Source: Thalassobaculaceae bacterium (GTDB taxonomy: Bacteria; Pseudomonadota; Alphaproteobacteria; Thalassobaculales; Thalassobaculaceae). Taken from it: 64,000 bases of DNA. Positions within the stretch are counted from its first letter, which is position 1. Each line of letters starts with the position of its first letter. The stretch is taken from positions 1,470,616-1,534,615 of the forward strand of contig OZ245843.1 in NCBI GenBank assembly GCA_965228875.1. The letters are read 5' to 3'. Under the pieces are notes generated by a model. The model was given only the letters and a program-made list of their open reading frames with translations, did not search any database and was not told the origin of the DNA. Position numbers and translations under genes: made by a program. Shown here piece after piece: positions 29,588 through 41,500 of the stretch.

Positions 29588-30949
29588 CTACGTATTCGGG
29601 CGGCCGAACCGGGCTTCCATCTCGCGGCGGACCTGCACCGCCTGCGACGTCTCGTCGAACTCGACATCGGCCCAGGCGAGGCGTTCGCCCTCGGCCACGT
29701 CGCGCTTCAGCTTGACGTCGCTGGCGAGGCCCAGGGGCAGATAGCCTTCGCTGAGCGAGACGTCCGCCGGCGTCTGTTTGCCCCACACGCAGTACCCGCC
29801 CTCACCGTCCAGCACCTCGCCGGCCTTGAGGGTCCGCTTGGCGGTGGCGACCACGTCGGAGTTGAAGGCCACGGGAGAACCCGTCGGCTCACCCCGCAGG
29901 GCCGCGCTGGCGACCGAGATGCCGAGTTCCAGGCCGATCATGTGGGTCGGGCGATACAGGGCGGCGTACTTGAAGCTGCTGTCGGGCAGCATCTTGTACT
30001 CCTCGAAGCAGTAGGTCGCGTAGTCGGTCTCCGCCTCGATCACCACGTAGGTGCCGAACTGGATGTGCTCCGGCACCGGGTTGCCGTCGCGGCCGAGGGA
30101 GGAGATCACCTCCGTGGTGCCGATCGCCGGGTCGCTCAGCGTCACCGTGCCGCCAGCCGTGACCGGCTTGCAGACTTCGGCAACGCCCGGACCGGAGGAC
30201 GGCGGGAAGCCGAGGCCGTCCGGCTGCGGCAGCAGGCCGGTGGCGTTGCAGACCGCCGTCATCTCGATGCCGGACTTGGTGCCGTCGACGAAGCTGTTGA
30301 ACATCTTCGGGTTCATCCGGCCGCGCTCGACCAGTTCCTGGGAGAAACCGAAATTGTCCCAGACGGTCTCGGGGGTCGAGGCGTGATAGTGCGGCAGGTA
30401 GCGCGTGCCCTTGCCGGCGCACACGACCTTGAAGCCGCACGCCCGCGCCCAGTCCACGTGTTCGGCGATCAGCGCCGGCTGGTCGCCCCAGGCCATGCTG
30501 TAGACGACGCCGGCGTCGGCCGCCTTCGCCGCGAGCAGCGGGCCGGCGACAACGTCGGCCTCGACATTGACCATGACCACGTGGCGGCCGTGCTCGATCG
30601 CCAGCAGGCTGTGCCGGATTCCGGCCGCGGGGTCTCCGGTCGCCTCGATCAGCACATCCAGACCGTCGGCCGCAATCAGCGCACGGGCGTCGTCCGTCAC
30701 GAAGGTCGAGCGGTGCTTGCGGGCGTCGTCGAACGAGGTCGCGGCATACCGTTCCGCCTCCCAGCCGATATACGCGAGCTGGTCCCGCGCACGCGCGGGA
30801 TTGAGATCCGCGATGCCGAGGATGTGGATCCCCTGCGTCAGCCGCGCCTGGGAGAGATACATCGCGCCGAACTTTCCGGCACCGATGATACCGACGCGCA
30901 CCGGTTCTCCCGCCGCCTCCCGCGCGGCCAGCATTCTGGACAGATTCAC
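29588..30949 (-). CDS. NAD(P)-dependent oxidoreductase with C-terminal SAF domain
   Basis: IIGAGKFG Rossmann fold, MVNVEAD, GDQP, GKGT, FVDGTKS, LDGEGGY..LPLGLA; GTG start with GAGGAGG. Confidence 0.88.
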   Translation of the reverse strand: MNLSRMLAAREAAGEPVRVGIIGAGKFGAMYLSQARLTQGIHILGIADLNPARARDQLAYIGWEAERYAATSFDDARKHRSTFVTDDARALIAADGLDVLIEATGDPAAGIRHSLLAIEHGRHVVMVNVEADVVAGPLLAAKAADAGVVYSMAWGDQPALIAEHVDWARACGFKVVCAGKGTRYLPHYHASTPETVWDNFGFSQELVERGRMNPKMFNSFVDGTKSGIEMTAVCNATGLLPQPDGLGFPPSSGPGVAEVCKPVTAGGTVTLSDPAIGTTEVISSLGRDGNPVPEHIQFGTYVVIEAETDYATYCFEEYKMLPDSSFKYAALYRPTHMIGLELGISVASAALRGEPTGSPVAFNSDVVATAKRTLKAGEVLDGEGGYCVWGKQTPADVSLSEGYLPLGLASDVKLKRDVAEGERLAWADVEFDETSQAVQVRREMEARFGRPNT

Positions 30950-31104
30950 CGTTTCCTCCTCGACGATCTTCTTCATCAGGCCTCTATGGCGGGCCGGAGT
31001 GAACCAGTTTCGACGCCTCAGTACCAGATTGAAGCGCCGGACCGGGACCCGTACCATGACAGCCTCGTCAATCGGTGCACGACGACCGCAACAGGGAGAT
31101 CGCC

Positions 31105-32331
31105 ATGGAACTCTCACTGGCGACGATCTATGGATTGATTCTCGCGCTCGGCCTGGTTTCGGTCGACACGGTGATGAACGCCAATACGCTGTTTCTCGAC
31201 TCCAGCGTCTCCGGCAAGTTCGAGGACGCGGGGTACTCCTCCACGGTTGTCGAACAGCACCTCATCAACGAACTGGAGATCATCGCCGACACCAGATCAC
31301 TGGTGGAGGCGCCGGCGGTCAAGTCCAGCGACAGCCCCTCGTTCTCCGCCGCTCTCGCCTCGGTGGTGAACCTGCAGGCGTCGCTCGAGGCGGCCCAGCA
31401 ACTCGTCGGCTTCGCGCCGCCGAAGCTCTATGCCGCCGCCGTCCAGAAGGGCGGGACCGACACGATCGAGCTCACCGGCCGGTCCCAACTGTTCGGCCGG
31501 TTCTCGATCTCGGTCGACGGCGCCGAACGCACTGTCGACGAGATGATCAAGGAGGCGGCCTTCCGGACGTTCCTCGAGCTCGACCCCTATTCCGCCATGC
31601 TCCACCGGTTCAGCCAGCACGAGGGCGACCTGACTCTCGTCGAGAGCGAACTCGATGCGATCCTGGAACGGGTTCGGCTCTCGCCGCACGCCGAGGTTCG
31701 CGCGCGCCTGCTCAACCTCAAGGGCATCGTCGCCCTCGACCGCAACGACGTCGACGGCGCCATCGCCCTGTTCCATCGCGCTCTCGGCGACGCGCCCCAT
31801 TTCAACGTCGTCCGCCTGAACCTCGCCCTCGCCCTGGTACAGCTCGACCGTTACCAGGACGCCATCGATCAGACGGTGATGGTGACCGACCCCTGGTACT
31901 GGCCGGCGACGACCAACCCGATCCTGCTGTCGACGGCCTATGTGCTGCGCGGCGTGGCCCGCTGGGGTCAGGGCGATCTCGGCGCGGCCAGGGCCGATCT
32001 CGACCATGCCTTGGCGCTGCAGCCAAAATCGACCTCGGCCCTCTGGTACCGGGCCGGGCTCATGGAGACGCTGGGCGATCCCGAGAAGGCGGACGAGCTT
32101 CTCGCCCAGGCCACCGACAGCCTCGCCTATTTCGAGACCTATCCCGAAATCGCCCTGCTGTATTTCTGGGTGTCGGCCGAGGACATGCGGCCGCTGGAAC
32201 GGCGCACCACCACCCTGCCGAGCTGGCACGACCGGGCAGCGCCTGGTGGCCCGTCCGACAGCGCGACCGTGCCCGAAGACAAGCCGGCCGCCGCCCCGGC
32301 CGCACCGACACCGACCCAGAGCGACACCTGA
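31105..32331 (+). CDS. Membrane-anchored TPR-repeat protein
   Basis: Hydrophobic N-terminus; TPR-like helices (LNLKGIVAL..DVDGAIALFHRAL; AYVLRGVARW..DLGAARADLDHALALQP). Confidence 0.7.
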   Translation: MELSLATIYGLILALGLVSVDTVMNANTLFLDSSVSGKFEDAGYSSTVVEQHLINELEIIADTRSLVEAPAVKSSDSPSFSAALASVVNLQASLEAAQQLVGFAPPKLYAAAVQKGGTDTIELTGRSQLFGRFSISVDGAERTVDEMIKEAAFRTFLELDPYSAMLHRFSQHEGDLTLVESELDAILERVRLSPHAEVRARLLNLKGIVALDRNDVDGAIALFHRALGDAPHFNVVRLNLALALVQLDRYQDAIDQTVMVTDPWYWPATTNPILLSTAYVLRGVARWGQGDLGAARADLDHALALQPKSTSALWYRAGLMETLGDPEKADELLAQATDSLAYFETYPEIALLYFWVSAEDMRPLERRTTTLPSWHDRAAPGGPSDSATVPEDKPAAAPAAPTPTQSDT

Positions 32332-32485
32332 GCCCGGATCTCCGCCCGGATCTCCGACGGGATCGCTGAACGGAAAACGGGGCCGCCGGTGGCGACCCCG
32401 CTCCCCGCGGCGGACACTTCAAGGTTCCCCACCGCGCACGGGGCGCCCGAGCCTGGAGGGTGGCTCGGGCGTCCGCGTCGGTCGT

Positions 32486-32556
32486 TAGAGCGCGTAAGCC
32501 CTAAAAGGCAGAGCAGGTTCACGCGATCAGATGTTTCCATCTGATCGTGATCCTCT
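32486..32556. repeat. Truncated copy of the palindromic intergenic repeat at 51324-51438
   Basis: 32496-32549 aligns without gaps to 51375-51428 at 43/54 identity; hairpin CGATCAGATG-TTTC-CATCTGATCG. Confidence 0.75.
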
Positions 32557-32569
32557 CCGCCTGTCGCCG

Positions 32570-34783
<2,214 letters not shown>

Positions 34784-35099
34784 TTATTACCTCCCGTTTT
34801 GCATGGCATCGGTTTGCCGCGTCGCCGATGGGCGACACGACGTCAGTGGCCGCCCCGCCGGACCGCGGGAATGGAGGCGATGCGACCGCGTGGCCGCCAC
34901 AGGGTTGTCGAACCGCCGGGCGCGGCCACGGCGTTCCAGCCCCGCCGACGCGCCGGCGCCGACGGCCTGTCCGCCACGGCGAACCTGTCGCCGGGTGCCG
35001 GAGATCTGTCAGGGGTGTCAGACCGTGCGACCATTACCGCCTCCATCGTCCATGGCCCGGCAGTGCCGGTAACCATGAACATGATGGCAGACCCTTCTC

Positions 35100-35146
35100 T
35101 TTAGAAAGAGTCCAAATTATCGATGGTCGCGATAGTCGTTTCCTAT
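35100..35146. promoter_or_regulatory. Putative ICE(Irr)-like and OxyR-like sites upstream of katG
   Basis: TTTAGAA-AGA-GTCCAAA at 35100-35116; ATAG-N7-CTAT at 35132-35146 with a third phased box (CGAT) at 35121. Confidence 0.45.
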
Positions 35147-35156
35147 CGGGTCGCGG

Positions 35157-35879
35157 CTACGAGCCCGCGCCGGCCGATCCGACCGTGAACCCGCCGCAGA
35201 CGTAGAGAACCTGGCCGGTCACGAAGCCGGAGCGGGCGTCCATGAAGAAGCTGACCGCGTTGGCGATGTCGGCCGGCGTGCCGAGATGACCGACCGGAAT
35301 CCCGTCGATGATCTTCTGGGTGCGCGGGTCCTCGGCCGGGTTGGCGGCATGCCAGAGCGGCGTGGCGATGCTCCCAGGTCCGATCGCGTTCACGGTGATT
35401 CCGCTGCGCGCCAGTTCCAGCGCCCAGGTCCTGGTCATGCCATGGATCGCCGCCTTGGACGCGGCGTAGGCGGTACGAAGTTCCTTGCCCATGGCCGCCC
35501 GCGAGGAGATCGAGACGACGCGCCCGAACCCTTCCGCCCGCATGCCCTCGACCAGACGCTGGGTGATGGTCAGGATCGGCTTCACGTTCAGCCCCATCAC
35601 CGCGTCGAAATCCTCCAGCGTGGTGCCGTCGAGATCGGCCGGCTTCACATGGCCGACATTGTGGCAGACCCGCGTGATCGGCCCGTCCTTCAGCACGTCG
35701 TCCAGCGCCGCATGGATGGCGTCGGTGTCCATCAGATCCACCTCCACCCAGCGGGTCTGGATCGGCGGATCCGGCTCCACCCGGTCGAGGATCACCACCT
35801 CGTAGCCATCCTCGACCAACCGCTCGACGATCCCGCGGCCGATCGATCGCGATCCCCCGGTCACCAGTGCCCGCTCCAT
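35157..35879 (-). CDS. Short-chain dehydrogenase/reductase
   Basis: ALVTGGSRSIG, YAASKAA, GITVNAIGPG, FVTGQVLYVCGG. Confidence 0.92.
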   Translation of the reverse strand: MERALVTGGSRSIGRGIVERLVEDGYEVVILDRVEPDPPIQTRWVEVDLMDTDAIHAALDDVLKDGPITRVCHNVGHVKPADLDGTTLEDFDAVMGLNVKPILTITQRLVEGMRAEGFGRVVSISSRAAMGKELRTAYAASKAAIHGMTRTWALELARSGITVNAIGPGSIATPLWHAANPAEDPRTQKIIDGIPVGHLGTPADIANAVSFFMDARSGFVTGQVLYVCGGFTVGSAGAGS

Positions 35880-35905
35880 GCATCTTCTCCCTTCGGTCCT
35901 TCAGA

Positions 35906-37432
35906 TCAGGTTCTTGAGTTATGGGCGATCCAGGGGTGCAGCTCCGGCACCTCCCAGCCCGCGTACCAGGCCTCGATGTGCGGCCTCAGTTCGGCGTAGA
36001 GATCGGCGAACTCCTGGTCGTAGGGCAGTGCTGAGACCTGCTCCGCCAGTTCGGCCGCAACGGCTTTCAGGTCGAAGCGGGTGGGCCAGCCGTCCTGAAG
36101 CACGACGTCGCCGCCGACAATCACCGTGTCCACGTCGCCCTGCCTGGCGCGCTGGAGGACCACAGCGAAGGGATCGGCCTCCGGCGCGACATAGGGCCAA
36201 CTCAGACGCTCCAGATCGACCAGGACCAGGTCGGCCGACATGCCCGGTGCGATGCGCCCGAGATCGGGCCGGCGCAACAGCTTGGCGCCACCCGTCGTCG
36301 CGAGCCCGAAGGTCTGGGCCAAGGTCGGCGCCGGCGATCCGATCCTCGGCGTGCGGTGCAGCCGGTGGGCGAGGCGAATCTCGGCGAACATGTCCTCGTC
36401 GTCACCGATCGTGGTGCCGTCCATGCCGAGGCCGGTGACTACCCCGGCGGCGAGGAACCCGTTCAGCGGCGCCACGCCGGAGCGCAGGCGCAGGTTCGAG
36501 CTCGGGTTGTGGGACACCGCCGCCCCGGTCTCCGCCAGGATCTCGATGTCGCGCTCGCTCGACCAGACCGCGTGCGCGAAGGAGATCCGTGGCGACAGGA
36601 CGCCGATTTCCGCAAGATGCGCCGTCATCGACCGGCCCAGCGCCCGCTCCGCCTCCAGCCGCTCGTACAGGCTCTCCTGCACATGGGTCTGGATCCCGAC
36701 ATCATGGCGGGCGGCGGCATCGGCCACCTTGATCATCAGGTCGTCGCCGACCCATTGCGGACCGGGTGGGCCGTACCAGGCCCGCGCCCGTTCCATGCCC
36801 TTCGCCCGAACCATCAGGCTGTCCATCAACGCCAGGTAGTCCTGCTCGGTGCCTTTGTCGGCATCGAGGAAATGCGCCCGCACCCGACGCGCCAGATCGC
36901 CCGGAAGGCCGGCGACGAAAGCCTCGTCCTCCCGGTGCACAAGCCGGCTGTAGAAGCTCACCCCGCCGGCCAGGTGACCGCGGATCCCACTCTCCTCATA
37001 GGCGTCGAGCCGGGCCGACAGGTCGTCATGGCCGGACTGGTACGCGTTGCCGACCGAGGCCATGTCGACCACGGCGGTCACCCCGGTCTGCAGCAGCCGT
37101 CCCGCCGCCACCAGGGTGCGCAGCCGCGGATCGGTCCAGCGCATGCGGGGATTGCCGGTGATCCAGGGCTCCAGCACCCCATCCTCGATGCCGTGCTGGA
37201 TATGGGTGATGGCATTGGAATGGTGGTGGGCGTTGATCAGCCCGGGCAGCACGGCCTGCGTCCCGTCGCCGAAAGTCGGCGCGTTCGGATACCGGGCGCA
37301 CAGGTCGGCGGCCGGCCCGATCTCCACGATCACCCCGTGACGCACCAGCACGGCGGCATCGTCGACCCGCCGGGGCGCGGGATCGGACCAGTCCTGCACG
37401 AAGGCCCAGCGGGCCCGTATCAAGATCGGCAT
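35906..37432 (-). CDS. Metal-dependent amidohydrolase (Atz/Trz/cytosine deaminase-like)
   Basis: LPGLINAHHH, THVQES, AHAVW, HNPSSNLRLRSG, GLGMDG, GMSADLVL. Confidence 0.88.
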   Translation of the reverse strand: MPILIRARWAFVQDWSDPAPRRVDDAAVLVRHGVIVEIGPAADLCARYPNAPTFGDGTQAVLPGLINAHHHSNAITHIQHGIEDGVLEPWITGNPRMRWTDPRLRTLVAAGRLLQTGVTAVVDMASVGNAYQSGHDDLSARLDAYEESGIRGHLAGGVSFYSRLVHREDEAFVAGLPGDLARRVRAHFLDADKGTEQDYLALMDSLMVRAKGMERARAWYGPPGPQWVGDDLMIKVADAAARHDVGIQTHVQESLYERLEAERALGRSMTAHLAEIGVLSPRISFAHAVWSSERDIEILAETGAAVSHNPSSNLRLRSGVAPLNGFLAAGVVTGLGMDGTTIGDDEDMFAEIRLAHRLHRTPRIGSPAPTLAQTFGLATTGGAKLLRRPDLGRIAPGMSADLVLVDLERLSWPYVAPEADPFAVVLQRARQGDVDTVIVGGDVVLQDGWPTRFDLKAVAAELAEQVSALPYDQEFADLYAELRPHIEAWYAGWEVPELHPWIAHNSRT

Positions 37433-37505
37433 GGCACCCTCCCAACCATTGGACGCCCCGGATGATACGCGGACGCGTCCCGCCGGGAACCCGCTGATCG
37501 TCCCC

Positions 37506-38717
37506 TCACCGTCGGCCGCCGGCCAGCCGGCTTGCCTCCGGATGGGCGCGCAGGCGAAGCATCGCCCAGATCCCGAGAGCCGGGCCGAGGGCCAGAGGCG
37601 CGAAGGCCCAACGCCAGCCCAGGGCATCGACGAAGACCGGCATCAGGTGGATGCTGACCAGGGTGAGCAGGAAGCCGATCGCGGTCTGCAGGGTGATCAT
37701 CGTCCCGACCAGGTGGCGGTTCGACAGTTCGGCGACCGACGCGGAGAACTGGGCGGAGTCGGCGATGATGCTCACCCCCCAGACGAGACATACGACGATC
37801 AGCAGAACCGGCGGGCCGCCGAAGAAGAGGCCGACGGTGAGCGCGCAGGTGCCGCTGACGGCCATGGCGACGGAGGTCACCATGGTCCGCCCGATCCGGT
37901 CGGCCAGGATGCCGGCGGCGAACGCCCCGCCGGCGCCGACCGCGATCGTCGCGAAGGTGGCGAGCCGCGCCGTGGTCACCGCCGCCCCCTCCTCCATGGT
38001 CAGGCGGAAGCTGGCGTCGAGGAACACCCCGAGCCAGGCCCAGGCCGCATAGAGCTCCCACATGTGACCGAAATAGCCGAGGTTGGCGAGCCGCAGCGCC
38101 GGCAGTTTCCAAGCCCACAGGGCCGCCTTCGGATCGAAGCGGACCCCGACGGCCATCATCGGTCCGGTTCCGGCGAGCTGTATGGCCGCGGCGGCGCTGA
38201 CCGCCAGAAGCGAGGTGACGGCGATCGTCCAGCGCCAGTCCACGGAGATCAGCCCGTTCACCAGATGCGGCAGGGCCGAACCAAAGGTCAACGCCGCGAC
38301 CAGCAGACCGGTCAGAAGCCCGAGATCGGCCTTGGCCCAGCCGGCGGCGATCTTCATGCCGACCGGATAGATCCCGGCGATACAGGCGCCCGTGACGAAA
38401 CGCAGCGCGAGCACGGCCGGCGAGGACGGATCGACGAACAGGATCGCCACGTTCGCCGTCGCGGCGATCAGGGCGGAGACGGCGAAGAACCGGCGCGGGT
38501 CGATCCGGTCGGCCAGGGACAGCGCCGCACTGATGAGGCTGCCGGCGACGAACCCGGCCTGGACGGCACTGGTGAAGGCCGATTGCTGGAACTCCGAGAG
38601 CGCGGCCTCCTCGCGCAGCGTCGGCATGACGGCGGAGGCCGAGAACCAGAGCGACATCGCCGCCACCTCGGCATAGGCGAGGACGGCGAGCGAGGCGGCC
38701 TTGCCGCGAAACCGCAT
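37506..38717 (-). CDS. MFS transporter
   Basis: About 12 hydrophobic segments; SLWFSASAV, LADRI twice, YPVGMK, GHMWELYA, ADSAQFS. Confidence 0.9.
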   Translation of the reverse strand: MRFRGKAASLAVLAYAEVAAMSLWFSASAVMPTLREEAALSEFQQSAFTSAVQAGFVAGSLISAALSLADRIDPRRFFAVSALIAATANVAILFVDPSSPAVLALRFVTGACIAGIYPVGMKIAAGWAKADLGLLTGLLVAALTFGSALPHLVNGLISVDWRWTIAVTSLLAVSAAAAIQLAGTGPMMAVGVRFDPKAALWAWKLPALRLANLGYFGHMWELYAAWAWLGVFLDASFRLTMEEGAAVTTARLATFATIAVGAGGAFAAGILADRIGRTMVTSVAMAVSGTCALTVGLFFGGPPVLLIVVCLVWGVSIIADSAQFSASVAELSNRHLVGTMITLQTAIGFLLTLVSIHLMPVFVDALGWRWAFAPLALGPALGIWAMLRLRAHPEASRLAGGRR

Positions 38718-38739
38718 GGAACCGGACCGGGCGGCGGGG

Positions 38740-39693
38740 TCAGCCGCCGATCACCCGTAGCGGGCTGCCTCCGGCCCAGGCGCGGATGTTCTCGACCATC
38801 TGGGTGTAGAAGATGCGATAGGATTCCTCGGTCACGTAGCCGACATGCGGGGTGGTGAGCAGGTTGTCGATCCCGCGGTACGGGTGATCGGCCGGCAGCG
38901 GCTCCTTGTCATAGACGTCGACCGCGGCCGCCCGGATCCTGCCGGTGGTCAGCGCCTCGATCAGCGCCGCCTCCTCGACGATCGGTCCGCGCGAGGTGTT
39001 GACCAGGATGGCCGACGGCTTCATCAGGCCGAACTCCGTCGCCGTCACCAGTCCGCGGGTGCGCTCGCCCAGGATGACGTGGATCGACACGATGTCGGCC
39101 TGGCGGAACAGCTCCTCCTTCGAGACCAGCCGGGCGCCGACCTCGTCACAGCGCTCCCGGGTGAGGTTCTGCGACCAGGCGATCACGTCGAGCCCGAACT
39201 TCGGCGCGATCTCCGCCATCATGCCGCCGAGGCGACCGAGACCGACCAGGCCCAGGGTCTTGCCCGAGACCGAGATACCTGTCCGCTCCTGCCAACCGCC
39301 CTGCTTCATGGTCAGGTGATCGAAGGCGACATTGCGCATGGTGCCCAGGATCAGAGCCCAGGTCAGTTCGACCGTGCTGGATCCCGGACTGTCGGTCCCG
39401 CAGGTCACCACGCCCATCTCCTTCGCCGTCTTGAAGTCGACGGCATTGTTGCGCGGACCGGAGGTGATGAAGAGCTTCAGCTTGGGCAGCCGGCGGAACA
39501 CCGCGCCCGGAAACGGCGTGCGCTCCCGCATCGCGCAGACAATCTCGAAATCCTTCAGGCGCTCCACCAGCGCATCGTGCTCGACCAGGTTGTCGGTGAA
39601 CACCACCGGCTCGAACCCGTCCGGCAGGCTCGACCAGTCGGCGCTGCTGAGGGCGGCGTTGGCGTAGTCGTCCAGGATCGCGATCTTGGGCAT
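38740..39693 (-). CDS. D-2-hydroxyacid dehydrogenase family protein
   Basis: MRERT, GLVGLGRLG, LVNTSRGPIV, DVYDKEPL, TPHVGYVT. Confidence 0.92.
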   Translation of the reverse strand: MPKIAILDDYANAALSSADWSSLPDGFEPVVFTDNLVEHDALVERLKDFEIVCAMRERTPFPGAVFRRLPKLKLFITSGPRNNAVDFKTAKEMGVVTCGTDSPGSSTVELTWALILGTMRNVAFDHLTMKQGGWQERTGISVSGKTLGLVGLGRLGGMMAEIAPKFGLDVIAWSQNLTRERCDEVGARLVSKEELFRQADIVSIHVILGERTRGLVTATEFGLMKPSAILVNTSRGPIVEEAALIEALTTGRIRAAAVDVYDKEPLPADHPYRGIDNLLTTPHVGYVTEESYRIFYTQMVENIRAWAGGSPLRVIGG

Positions 39694-39722
39694 GGCCGTT
39701 TCCTTGTGATATCAGGTCAGGA

Positions 39723-40133
39723 TCATTCCTGATCTTTTTGTTTTTCCTGCAGAATCATACTGGCTGAGTTCATACAGTACCGCTGACCGGTGGGGGCCGG
39801 CCCATCGGGGAAGACATGCCCCAGGTGGGCCTCGCAGCGACTGCAATGTACCTCTGTACGGGTCATGAAGAACGAGCGGTCGGACTTGGTCCCGACCGCC
39901 TGCTCGCTGATCGGCGCCCAGAAGCTCGGCCATCCGGTACCGCTGTCGTACTTGGTGTCGCTGTCGAACAGCGGCTGGCCGCAGCACACGCAGACATAGG
40001 TCCCCGGCGTCTTGCTGTCGTGATAGGCGTTGGTGAACGGCCGCTCGGTCCCGTGCTTGCGGGCCACCTTGTACTGCTCGGGGGTGAGCTGCGCCTTCCA
40101 CTCGGCGTCGGACTTGACGATCTTCTCGGTCAT
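39723..40133 (-). CDS. msrB: Peptide-methionine (R)-S-oxide reductase
   Basis: [33 protein letters not shown]; two CxxC zinc motifs. Confidence 0.96.
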   Translation of the reverse strand: MTEKIVKSDAEWKAQLTPEQYKVARKHGTERPFTNAYHDSKTPGTYVCVCCGQPLFDSDTKYDSGTGWPSFWAPISEQAVGTKSDRSFFMTRTEVHCSRCEAHLGHVFPDGPAPTGQRYCMNSASMILQEKQKDQE

Positions 40134-40200
40134 CACTGCCTCCTAAAGGTCTGACGCACTTAGATGGGGTACCGGCCGGCGGCCGCCAGGATACCGGCCA

Positions 40201-41415
40201 TCACGTCTTTCGGCGCGCCTCGAGCACCGTGCCGTCGGCAACCAGCGCGTCGACCTCCTCCGTGGTGAAGCCGTTCTCCTCCAGCAGCTCGCGTCCGTGC
40301 TCGCCGAAGCGCGGCGGGCGACGCTTGATCTCACCGGGAGTGCGGGAGAACTTGATCGGGATGCCCCACCCCTTCCAACCGTCCTTCTCCGCCGCCATCT
40401 GGCGGTGGACGGTGTGCGGATGGGTCATCACCTCCTCGGTGTTGCGCATCGGCCCGACCGGCAGACCGGCGGCGAGCAGCCGGTCGCACAATTCGTTGCC
40501 GTCGACATCGGCCAGCAGCGCCTGAAGTTCGTCGCGCAGCGCGTCCTGGTTCACCAGGCGATCGCCGTTCGTGGCGAAACGCGGATCCTCGCCCAGCTCC
40601 GGCTTGCCGAGTTCGCTGCACAGCCGCTTGAACGCCCGGTCGTTGCCGCCGGCGACGAAGATGTCGACGGTCGCGGTCTTGAACAGGTCGTAGGGGCTGA
40701 TGTTCGGATGCTGGTTGCCGGTCGGCTTCGGGATTTTTCCAGACAGCGAGTAGTTCGCGACATGGGGATGCATCAGCGCCAGGCCGCAGTCATACAGTGT
40801 CATGTCGATATACTGGCCGTGGCCCGAGCGCTCGCGCTCCAGCAGCGCCATCAGGACGGCGTTGCTGGCGTAGAGACCGGTCCCGATATCGACCATCGGC
40901 AGGCCGAGGCGCACCGGCCCGCTCTCCGGCGCGCCGTTGATCGAGAAGTGGCCGACCATGGCCTGGATGATGCCGTCATAGCCGGGGAATCCGCCATAGG
41001 GGCCGGTCGCCCCGAAGCCCGAGATCCGGCAGTGGACCAGCCTGGGGAACCGCTCCTTCAGGACCTCCTCGTAACCGAGACCCCATTTCTCCATGGAGCC
41101 CGGCTTGTAGTTCTCGATCAGGACGTCGGCCTCGTCCAGCAGGCGCAGCAGCACCTCCTTGCCGCGGTCGGTCGCGAGGTCGAGGGCGAGCGAGCGTTTG
41201 TTGCGGTTCACGCCGAGGAAGTAGCTGGCATCCTTGCCGTCGTCGAAGGGCGGGCCCCAGTCGCGCACCTCGTCGCCCTGGGGCGGCTCGATCTTGATGA
41301 TCTCGGCCCCGTGGTCTCCGAGCAGCTGGGTGCAGTACGGCCCGCCGAGAACGCGGGTGCAGTCGACAACCTTGATCCCGGCGAGCGTGCCGCCGGACGT
41401 CTTCTCATTCGCCAC
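40201..41415 (-). CDS. CaiB/BaiF family III CoA-transferase
   Basis: RVLGGPY, IKIEPPQGD, NRNKRS, DVLIENYKPG, ISGFG, GYDG, SGHGQYID. Confidence 0.92.
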   Translation of the reverse strand: MANEKTSGGTLAGIKVVDCTRVLGGPYCTQLLGDHGAEIIKIEPPQGDEVRDWGPPFDDGKDASYFLGVNRNKRSLALDLATDRGKEVLLRLLDEADVLIENYKPGSMEKWGLGYEEVLKERFPRLVHCRISGFGATGPYGGFPGYDGIIQAMVGHFSINGAPESGPVRLGLPMVDIGTGLYASNAVLMALLERERSGHGQYIDMTLYDCGLALMHPHVANYSLSGKIPKPTGNQHPNISPYDLFKTATVDIFVAGGNDRAFKRLCSELGKPELGEDPRFATNGDRLVNQDALRDELQALLADVDGNELCDRLLAAGLPVGPMRNTEEVMTHPHTVHRQMAAEKDGWKGWGIPIKFSRTPGEIKRRPPRFGEHGRELLEENGFTTEEVDALVADGTVLEARRKT

Positions 41416-41500
41416 CGAATTCCTCCCGAAAGGTCAGCGACCGCAGCCTAGCGGCGCCCAGCGGAAAGAAAAACAGGCGAAAGACAGAGATGCGGAGATG

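Noticed and set aside
32332..32364. Short tandem repeat GCCCGGATCTCC x2 plus a partial copy
   Set aside because: Only about 2.5 units with no spacers; not a CRISPR array; probably slippage.
34843..35082. 79-aa ORF in the katG upstream region
   Set aside because: Low-complexity Ala/Arg/Pro composition with no motif or convincing RBS.
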